From an uncultured Rikenella sp. (lineage in GTDB: Bacteria > Bacteroidota > Bacteroidia > Bacteroidales > VadinHA17), in contig CAZUIF010000004.1 of assembly GCA_964621005.1 (NCBI GenBank), positions 69,204-133,203 of the forward strand: a stretch of DNA of 64,000 bases, given 5' to 3'. The notes below the pieces were generated by a model. The model saw only the letters and a list, made by a program, of their open reading frames with translations, did not search any database and was not told the DNA's origin. Below are positions 35,910 to 43,483 of this stretch, piece by piece (positions within the stretch are counted from its first letter, which is position 1; the number at the start of each line of letters is the position of its first letter). Both the position numbers and the translations under genes were made by a program.

Positions 35910-37126
35910 TTTTCTGCAACAATGACATTGTCCACTTCCCAGGTGGTAGTGCGGTTTGTATCGCCGTTATAGACCCATGCAATCCATACCTGGCTGCCCT
36001 TCCAGGGAGTAAGATCAACCTGCCCTGAGCTCACAAACTGGCTGTACCCCGAAGCCGTTAATGCCGGGAGGGTGAAGCTCCTCTCAGTCCATGTGAAATT
36101 CCATGGTGTGGCCGAGCCGTCGTAATTGGTTGAAACATAGAGCTTCATTGTTGCTCCGTTGTCATAACCGTCAGCGCTTTCGAACAGCAGGTAAGGTTGT
36201 GTGGCCAGTGTAAGGTCGATAACAGGTGCTATCATCCATGTGATCACAGACGGCTGACCTGAATTGTAAGCCGTGGCCTGTACCCATTTGCGTCCGGAGA
36301 CCTCATTGCCGTACCATGTCTTGGTTCCGGCCTGGGGATATGTTATCCACCCGGCAAGGGTGCTTACATCGGCATACTTTACAAGTGCCGTGAAGTCCTG
36401 CGTCAGGTAAACGGTGCCTGCCCCTCCGCATCTTTCACCGGTCATCCCGTTTTCAGTCTCGTCCCTTAACAGGAACTGTATGCCGTTGAATTCGGACACG
36501 ACTCCCTTGATGAACCCGTTACCTGTGGGCACTGGCACAGAGGAGAATGTGGCGTCAGAACGGGTATAAACCTCAAGCTCGTTGTCGCAGTCGGTAATAA
36601 GCTTTTCACCGGAGTAGGTTCCTGGCTCGGAGAACTGCACGTTGTCAATCCTGACATACTCTGCCTGGTGTTTGCCGGCAAGAATATCTTCTATCGTCAC
36701 TGTTTTTGGTTCCGTTGCGGGAGGAGTCAGGTTCACCACGGTTGTCTGGTCAGCAATACTTATGTCACCAAACTGCAGCAATCCGTTGTATTCAGTGAAG
36801 GAGGCCCCGCGGCACAGTATTTTTACCTCTGAATCGCGTGAGAATGTGTTGTTCCCGGTGACAGTCAGGCAGATCCCGGCAGTGGAATCCTGCAGGTATG
36901 CCACAAAGGATGGGATGTTCCCCAGCTCAGGGGTGAGGGTAATAATGCCCTGGATATAAACGTTAGTATCGATTTTCGTGATGCCGTCTTCGAACATTTC
37001 ACGAAGCTGTTTTACGGTAATGTGGTCAATCACCGGTTCGGGCGGTGGTACGGGTTCCCTGCTGCACGAAGCGGCAATTAAAATTGATGCTGCAATCCAG
37101 AGTCTGGTTATAGATTTGATAGTCAT
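35906..37126 (-). CDS. Surface lipoprotein with two OB-like modules and a C-terminal beta-sandwich module (DUF5689 / choice-of-anchor-J-like)
   Basis: 406 aa with a lipobox (LIAASC). It is a paralogue of the next gene. Module 1 carries YLQDSTAGICL, and module 2 ends GFIKGVVSEFNGIQFLLRD. The family names are from memory and were not searched. Confidence 0.6.
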   Translation of the reverse strand: MTIKSITRLWIAASILIAASCSREPVPPPEPVIDHITVKQLREMFEDGITKIDTNVYIQGIITLTPELGNIPSFVAYLQDSTAGICLTVTGNNTFSRDSEVKILCRGASFTEYNGLLQFGDISIADQTTVVNLTPPATEPKTVTIEDILAGKHQAEYVRIDNVQFSEPGTYSGEKLITDCDNELEVYTRSDATFSSVPVPTGNGFIKGVVSEFNGIQFLLRDETENGMTGERCGGAGTVYLTQDFTALVKYADVSTLAGWITYPQAGTKTWYGNEVSGRKWVQATAYNSGQPSVITWMIAPVIDLTLATQPYLLFESADGYDNGATMKLYVSTNYDGSATPWNFTWTERSFTLPALTASGYSQFVSSGQVDLTPWKGSQVWIAWVYNGDTNRTTTWEVDNVIVAEK

Positions 37127-37140
37127 TTTATTGTATGGTA

Positions 37141-38520
37141 TTATCGGGCTGCCGAGACAGCTATATTGTCAATGCGGTACGTCGTACTCTCAGTATTGCT
37201 TCCTGTGTATCTGAAGGCAATCACTGCAGATTTGCCTGCGGCAACAGGAAGGTTCACATTACCGGAGTTGATGAAGGTATGGTCCGGATCACTCTGTTTT
37301 GCCAGCACGGCGTCAACGGGAGTCCAGGTGGCTGATGAAATATTATTGCCGTTATAGTCAGTGGAGATCAGTACCTCCATCGGGAAGTTTGTCCCGGTGT
37401 GCGCCCAGTATGCCTTGGCGGTCTGGAAGGAAAGGATCTTCTGGGTCGAGATGTTCACCGGCCTGGTGATCAGCCAGGTTACCATGGACGTAAGGTTAGA
37501 GTTGTATCCTGTAGCCTGGGCATAGCTGTTGCCGCTGAAGACCTTGGCGAGCCATATGCGGCCGCCGGCAGTGGCAATATTCTGCCACCCGGTAATGTAG
37601 ATATCGTCATTGTCGCCGAAGCTGTCGAAATTCTCGCTGAGCGTTTCAACAGGAGTACCCAGTGGCTGATCGACAACGCCGCAACGGGTGCCTGTCATGT
37701 TCACCTCGTCAAAATCACGAACCAGGAACTGGTATGTGCCGTTGAAGATTGTAACGATGCCTGTAATTGAACCGTTGCCTGAAGGCAGAACCTTTCCTGC
37801 AGCTGACGAGTAACCGCTAGTCCGGACTATCAGTGTTTTGTCGTTGCAGTCTTCGAGCGTTCTGTTTTCGGTTACCATTTCCTCTGCATTTGCCCAGGTC
37901 AGACCTGTCATGGCATCCGTGAACTGGACTCCGTCAAGCTTCACAAGGCGCCCCAGGTAAGCACTGCTTTTTGCCTGGGTGACTGTCAGTACTGAGGGAT
38001 AAGTGGGGTTGCCGATTGAGAGTTTCAGGCATTGCCTGTCCATATTCATTCCTCCGACGCGTACTGTTCCGTCTTCCTGGAAGTACGGTGTTCCTCCCAG
38101 CTGCCAGAAATTTCCGTAGTCGCCCAGCCAGAGACCTTTAAGGTTGACAATGACTGAATCACCGATATAAAGCCCGCTGTTGGCTTCAAAAAGGAGTCTG
38201 AGGCCCCCTGTGGCATCCTCGATAAAGGCTTCCTTGTAGAAATTGCCGTCTTTCTTGTCACTGGCCGTAATTATTCCCCGAAGGGACCAGTCGTTCTCAA
38301 TTTCAACCGGATTCCGTTTTGTATAGTCTGAGATTGCAAGCTGGTCAGCATACAGTGCCTTTACCTGCTGCACAGTCACTGTTTCCCCTGGTACGAACTC
38401 TTCAACAGGAGGCGGTGTTTCATTATTGTCGGTGCATGATACTGAGAAAAGAAGTGCTGCCGAAACTGCTGCAAGTATGAATATATTTCTGATTTTCTTC
38501 ATGATCTGTTCCTCCTTCAT
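37141..38520 (-). CDS. Surface lipoprotein, paralogue of 35906..37126 (same three modules)
   Basis: 459 aa with a lipobox (LLFSVSC). The likely true start is MKKIRN at 38502. Motifs are FIEDATGGLRLL and GSITGIVTIFNGTYQFLVRD. It begins 1-19 nt after the TonB-dependent receptor stop. Confidence 0.6.
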   Translation of the reverse strand: MKEEQIMKKIRNIFILAAVSAALLFSVSCTDNNETPPPVEEFVPGETVTVQQVKALYADQLAISDYTKRNPVEIENDWSLRGIITASDKKDGNFYKEAFIEDATGGLRLLFEANSGLYIGDSVIVNLKGLWLGDYGNFWQLGGTPYFQEDGTVRVGGMNMDRQCLKLSIGNPTYPSVLTVTQAKSSAYLGRLVKLDGVQFTDAMTGLTWANAEEMVTENRTLEDCNDKTLIVRTSGYSSAAGKVLPSGNGSITGIVTIFNGTYQFLVRDFDEVNMTGTRCGVVDQPLGTPVETLSENFDSFGDNDDIYITGWQNIATAGGRIWLAKVFSGNSYAQATGYNSNLTSMVTWLITRPVNISTQKILSFQTAKAYWAHTGTNFPMEVLISTDYNGNNISSATWTPVDAVLAKQSDPDHTFINSGNVNLPVAAGKSAVIAFRYTGSNTESTTYRIDNIAVSAAR

Positions 38521-38521
38521 T

Positions 38522-41239
38522 TTAAAACCTGATGCTTAGATTGATGAAGTAGTTGAAGCCGTTGGCGTAGTATACGCGCGGCTGGAACAGCTCAGGTCTT
38601 CCGGGATCATAGCGGTACTGTTCATATCCGCCGGTTATCATTGACCTGTTATTGAGAATGTTGCTGAGATTTGCACTCAGGTTTATGTAAACATCGTCAA
38701 TCCTCCATGATTTTCCGGCGAAGATGTCAATCAGGAATCCCGGGGCAGCCTTCTGCTGGTAATCCCAGTAAGGGTAATAACCGCTGTCATCCCTGGTGCG
38801 GGTCACCGGGTTGAAGTCGAGGTATATATCATCATACCAGCTCCCGGTTATTCCGGCCCACCAGAACCTGGAGGAGTTATATTCCGCACCAAGTGCAAGT
38901 GCAGTCTGCGGGGTGCCGCTCTGCCTGAAATACTGTATCCACACCTCCTCATTGCTCAGGACCTGACTGTTGTTGTCCTGGGTGATAGTAATCCTCGGAT
39001 TGGATATCCACAGGAACTGTCCGACCGATGCCACGGCATTGACCGTGAGTTCAGAGGTGATGCCTATTTCAGCACCGGCTTCAATGCCGTAGTTCTCCTT
39101 GTCAATGCCTGTCATGGCATAGTTGACCAGTGTTTTCCACTCATCATGATAGAAGCTTGTAACCTCGGTCTGGTTCATGAAACGGGTATAGTAGGCGGTA
39201 ATTCTTCCTGTCAGAACCGGAGAGCGCAGCACATAGCTCAGGTCACCCGAGAATATCGTCTCTTCCCTCAGTTCAGGAGTCACAGTGTTCCTGGTACGCG
39301 GTGAAAGGAAGCTGTTCCTGAAGAGGGGAGGATTCGTGGTGAAAAGGGCATTGAAGAGTATCATATGACGGCCGGTGAAACGGTAATCGCCTCCTGCCTT
39401 TACTCCCCACGTGGGAAAGTCGAGCTTTTCCGAGTTCCCGAAGGAGTTGTCCGGAAAAAGGCCCTTGCGCATGAGACCCTCGCGCCACATCGAGGTATAC
39501 CGTGTGTGTGCGCTGAGGTACAGCCTGTAGCGGTTCCCGGTATAGGTTCCGGTGCCCCACAGCGTAGCTCCCCTCTGGAAAGCATAATAGCTGTTGCCGA
39601 ATGTTTCGCCCTCGGTTACCGCGTTATCCGGATTGTTGAGGTCATTCTGGTAGGCTTCAGGATTATCGGGATAATCCCTTTCGGCAAACTGGTCGACGTC
39701 AAGCCAGTAGTCGCCCCCAAGCAGGTCACTGACAACGCTGAAGTTATGTCCGCGGTATATGTCTATCAGTAGGCCCCCGGTAATATTAAGGTTGCCCGTG
39801 AGGTTCCACGAAGCCCTGCTGTTTAGCTGGAACTGTGAAAGGTCATTGCGACGGTCTTCAACGATATATTTTGAACGGTTCCCGGAAAAATTATTTCCTT
39901 CGATCCCGCCTTCGTTATACACTGTATATATATTCTTCCTGTTGGCAAAATAAAAATGGTCCCAGTCTATCTGGCTTACGGAAGGGTCCGACTTCCATGC
40001 CTGGATGATCGCTTCACGGTCTGTTACATCATAGTAATAACTGGGAAGCTTACGGTAATAGTCAGGTCTGGGATCGAGAACATCATACCAGTTCAGAGCC
40101 GTATAGCCGCTTTTGCCGAACCAGTAACCGGCAGTGGTCTGGACATCCAGTTTTTCCGAAGGTTTCCAGGTATGTGCAAGTGTCACAAGGGGCTTGTTGT
40201 TGCTTCTGACCCGGGCGCTGCGCACCTCACCGTCCTGGTAGCCCCAGTATGGATTATAATAGTTGCTTCCGGCAAGGTCATAGGCTTCCTGGGTTGATCC
40301 TCCTCCGACACCTCTTTCATAAAGCGCGTCAAGGGCTGTAAGGTTAAGGCTGTGCCGGCTGTTGAACTTTTTCTCCACGGCAAGAAAGAACGAGTTGGCG
40401 TTATAGAATGTTCCCTCTTCATAGCCGCGGATGCCCCAGCGCCTGGAGTAGCTGCCGGTAAATGCCCAGTTATTCTTAAGGAGTCCTGTACTGTAAGTGA
40501 GCATAGCCCTGTTGGGGTATGTACGGTTGGAGCGCGAATAGATGGCCCGGATGCCTGACCGGTATTCGGAAGCCCTGGTGTTGATCCGGGTGGCACCTCC
40601 CACCGGTTCAAAGAGAAAACCGATCGGTTCGGGACCGGAGCTGACCATGGAGCTGCGCATCACATCATTCAGTCCGCCCCAGTTTGACCAGTATGGAGCG
40701 CCTGACTCAATATCGTTAAGGACGAAGCCGTTCAGGCTGACATTCTGGTAGTTGTTGTCATATCCCCTTGACCTGAACATTGCCTGTCCGAAAGTATAGG
40801 CTGCCGTGCTCATGTAGATATCTGCAGAGGAACTAAGCACACCCTGGATGGACTGCGTCTCGAAACCGTCCTCCGAGAAGCCTTCCATCGTTGCAACAGA
40901 CCCAAGGTCCATCATGAATGCAGCCATCTCGGGAAGCAGGACCGGACCAATATCGGTTGTTTCTCCTTCAGACACAGTGACGCTTACGATTGCCTGTTCA
41001 TGGTCAGTCATATTGATAAACAGCATCTGCCTGCCTTCATTTACCGTGACTGTGAAAGTGCCGTCCTCACCTGACCGACCGAGTTCCTTCCCGGAAGCGT
41101 CTGTTATGGTTGCCCCTGAAAGCGGAGTGCCGCTGCTCTTTCCGGATATGGATCCCCTTACGGTACCCTGCTGCGCAAATATGCCGGTACACGAGAGGAT
41201 AAAAACTAAAACCAAGATAATCTGTTTGTTATGTCTCAT
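38522..41239 (-). CDS. TonB-dependent outer-membrane receptor with an N-terminal CarboxypepD_reg-like domain (non-SusC/SusD type)
   Basis: 905 aa with a signal peptide and a carboxypeptidase-regulatory-like domain (GTVRGSISG...GATITD...DGTFTV). It has a plug region (FRSRGYD...VSLNGFVLND), a long beta-barrel with aromatic-rich strands and a terminal ...NLSIRF. No SusD-like gene is adjacent. Confidence 0.88.
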   Translation of the reverse strand: MRHNKQIILVLVFILSCTGIFAQQGTVRGSISGKSSGTPLSGATITDASGKELGRSGEDGTFTVTVNEGRQMLFINMTDHEQAIVSVTVSEGETTDIGPVLLPEMAAFMMDLGSVATMEGFSEDGFETQSIQGVLSSSADIYMSTAAYTFGQAMFRSRGYDNNYQNVSLNGFVLNDIESGAPYWSNWGGLNDVMRSSMVSSGPEPIGFLFEPVGGATRINTRASEYRSGIRAIYSRSNRTYPNRAMLTYSTGLLKNNWAFTGSYSRRWGIRGYEEGTFYNANSFFLAVEKKFNSRHSLNLTALDALYERGVGGGSTQEAYDLAGSNYYNPYWGYQDGEVRSARVRSNNKPLVTLAHTWKPSEKLDVQTTAGYWFGKSGYTALNWYDVLDPRPDYYRKLPSYYYDVTDREAIIQAWKSDPSVSQIDWDHFYFANRKNIYTVYNEGGIEGNNFSGNRSKYIVEDRRNDLSQFQLNSRASWNLTGNLNITGGLLIDIYRGHNFSVVSDLLGGDYWLDVDQFAERDYPDNPEAYQNDLNNPDNAVTEGETFGNSYYAFQRGATLWGTGTYTGNRYRLYLSAHTRYTSMWREGLMRKGLFPDNSFGNSEKLDFPTWGVKAGGDYRFTGRHMILFNALFTTNPPLFRNSFLSPRTRNTVTPELREETIFSGDLSYVLRSPVLTGRITAYYTRFMNQTEVTSFYHDEWKTLVNYAMTGIDKENYGIEAGAEIGITSELTVNAVASVGQFLWISNPRITITQDNNSQVLSNEEVWIQYFRQSGTPQTALALGAEYNSSRFWWAGITGSWYDDIYLDFNPVTRTRDDSGYYPYWDYQQKAAPGFLIDIFAGKSWRIDDVYINLSANLSNILNNRSMITGGYEQYRYDPGRPELFQPRVYYANGFNYFINLSIRF

Positions 41240-41343
41240 AAGATTTTTAAAAGAAAGGGTTGAAAGATAAGGTTTTTATAAGAAATGACAAAAGACAAAC
41301 GAAGAAGACTAAATATATTACCTTTGCCGTCACAGATCGGAAA

Positions 41344-42384
41344 ATGATGCGGAAGATCACATTTATTGCACTGCTTCTCTCTTTAGTAGTCACAGCGGAA
41401 GCACAGCAGCAGGTAAGGGCAGGGCTCATTGCCTTCTATAACCTGGAGAACCTGTTTGATACAATTGACACGCCTGGTGTACTGGATGAGGAGTTCACTC
41501 CCGGAGGGCCGAATAAATGGACCGGGAGCAGGTATCTTGAAAAGCTTGACAATATGGCCCTGGCTATCTCCAGGATAGGGGAAGATGACGGCTGGAGCGG
41601 AGGCCCTGCGGTGCTTGGTGTCTCGGAGATCGAGAACCGGCAGGTGCTCGAGGATCTTGCGGCCCATCCGTTACTGAAGGAGTCAAACTACCAGATAGTT
41701 CATTATGATTCTCCTGACCTTCGCGGAGTGGATGTGGCACTTATGTACCGTCCCAGGTTCTTCAGGGTGACTGGATCTGCCAGTCCTTCACTGGCGCTGA
41801 CTGACGAGTCAGGGGAGCCTGTCTTTACGCGCGATCAGCTTGTTGTCTCAGGAGTTTTTGACGGTGAACCCATGCACTTCATCGTTTGCCACTGGCCTTC
41901 CCGTTCAGGAGGAGAGGTGACATCACGTCCGCGCCGCAATGCTGCGGCAGCCCTCTCCCGCAGGCTTGTTGACAGCCTCATGGCCGAAGACAGCAATGCA
42001 AAGGTGTTTGTAATGGGCGACCTTAACGATGATCCGGTGGATGAGAGCCTTCAGAAATACCTGAGAGCTTCCGGCAAGCCGGACAGACTTCGCAACGGAG
42101 AGCTTTACAATGCAATGTTCCCTCTCTTCCGGAAAGGTGTGGGATCACTGTACTACCGCGACGGAATGAACCTGTTTGACCAGATAATAATGACCCCTTC
42201 ACTTCTTGGTAACGATTACTCGTCATATAAACTGGCTCAAGCACGGGTATTCAATTCAACCTTCCTTGTACAGAAGGACGGACAATACAAGGGTTATCCC
42301 TTAAGGTCATTCGTCGGAACAGTCTGGCAGGGAGGATACAGTGACCACTTCCCGGTCTACGTTATAATCGTTCGTAAGGTTTAA
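41344..42384 (+). CDS. Secreted endonuclease/exonuclease/phosphatase (EEP) family nuclease, ExeM/NucH-type
   Basis: The ORF track starts at 41260, but the signal peptide MMRKITFIALLLSLVVTAEAQ begins at 41344. EEP motifs are FYNLENLFD, VLGVSEIEN, MGDLNDDP and the C-terminal YSDHFPV. Confidence 0.8.
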   Translation: MMRKITFIALLLSLVVTAEAQQQVRAGLIAFYNLENLFDTIDTPGVLDEEFTPGGPNKWTGSRYLEKLDNMALAISRIGEDDGWSGGPAVLGVSEIENRQVLEDLAAHPLLKESNYQIVHYDSPDLRGVDVALMYRPRFFRVTGSASPSLALTDESGEPVFTRDQLVVSGVFDGEPMHFIVCHWPSRSGGEVTSRPRRNAAAALSRRLVDSLMAEDSNAKVFVMGDLNDDPVDESLQKYLRASGKPDRLRNGELYNAMFPLFRKGVGSLYYRDGMNLFDQIIMTPSLLGNDYSSYKLAQARVFNSTFLVQKDGQYKGYPLRSFVGTVWQGGYSDHFPVYVIIVRKV

Positions 42385-42392
42385 CCGTCAGT

Positions 42393-43343
42393 TTAACGGC
42401 TGATTCCTTCTGGTCTTATTTTTATTTCCACCGGCCGGTGGTCTGACAGGACTTCATTATATTCAGGATAGCAGGGGCTTACCTTCAATACAACCGTGGT
42501 GTCAATTGCAGGAAATAGTTCGTCTGTCACAAGTATGTGGTCCAAATGGCTCGGCCAGGAAGGGTATGACCACCACAGCTGGCTACCCTTTGCAATTTCC
42601 ATATCGGCAAATCTGTAGCCTGATGCATCCTGGATGAAATTGATGAACGGATTTTCCTCAGCGTATGATGATGATATCTCGTCATTATAATCACCCAGCA
42701 TCACAACCGCCTCATCCGGATGCTCTGCGTCAAGGTAATCCTTGAGCTGCTGCGATGCGGACCGCCGGCTGCTCTCGTTTTCTGCTCCCCCGCAGCATTT
42801 CAGGTGCAGGTTGATAAGCAGGATCTCCTTCCCGGATCCCCTGTGTTTTACCTTTATTTCAAACGGAGGCCGAGGGAAGGCACGGCTGTCATCCTCAAAA
42901 AGAGTCACGGCCGTACCGGGAAGAATTTCAACTTCGCTCTCCTTAACGAGGTAAGCCAGGTTCCATTCGTCATTACTGACCGGGTAGAAAACGCCGGTCC
43001 AGCCGGGCATCAGCTTTACGAGCCGGTTGAAATCAGCCTGGGATGCCACTTCCTGCAAGGCGACAATATCCGGGCTTATGGTCTTTATAAGCGCCGAAAG
43101 CGCCGTCACACTTGTATATCCTGCCTTGGGAAATCCCTCAACATTGAAGCTGACTATATCTAGGGAGGAGGATGTGCCCGGGGTAACGCATGCCGCGAAT
43201 ATCCCTGTATCATCCGGTGACGGAGGATCAGGAACACGCCGGCAAGAGGGACCGGCCAATGTGGCTGCTGCGGCGAGCAACCAGACTGATCTGTGCAGGA
43301 ACCAACGAAACATAGCCTGCAAATTTGGCAATTTTAAATTCAA
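42393..43343 (-). CDS. Secreted (possibly lipoprotein) EEP-family nuclease/phosphatase
   Basis: 316 aa with a hydrophobic N-terminus ending LAGPSC. EEP motifs are SFNVEGF, ALQEV, LGDYNDE and LSDHRPVE. The start is uncertain (43343 or the internal Met at 43313). Confidence 0.8.
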   Translation of the reverse strand: MNLKLPNLQAMFRWFLHRSVWLLAAAATLAGPSCRRVPDPPSPDDTGIFAACVTPGTSSSLDIVSFNVEGFPKAGYTSVTALSALIKTISPDIVALQEVASQADFNRLVKLMPGWTGVFYPVSNDEWNLAYLVKESEVEILPGTAVTLFEDDSRAFPRPPFEIKVKHRGSGKEILLINLHLKCCGGAENESSRRSASQQLKDYLDAEHPDEAVVMLGDYNDEISSSYAEENPFINFIQDASGYRFADMEIAKGSQLWWSYPSWPSHLDHILVTDELFPAIDTTVVLKVSPCYPEYNEVLSDHRPVEIKIRPEGISR

Positions 43344-43483
43344 AATTCAATACCTGCCCGCGGATGTTGCCGGAATGTGATTTACATAATCCGGATCTGT
43401 GATTAAAGGGGAGTGATATGCAAACAGAAAGCCGCCCCGGAATTCCGGGACGGCTTTCTCAATGTAAGGTGAGAATCAGTAAG

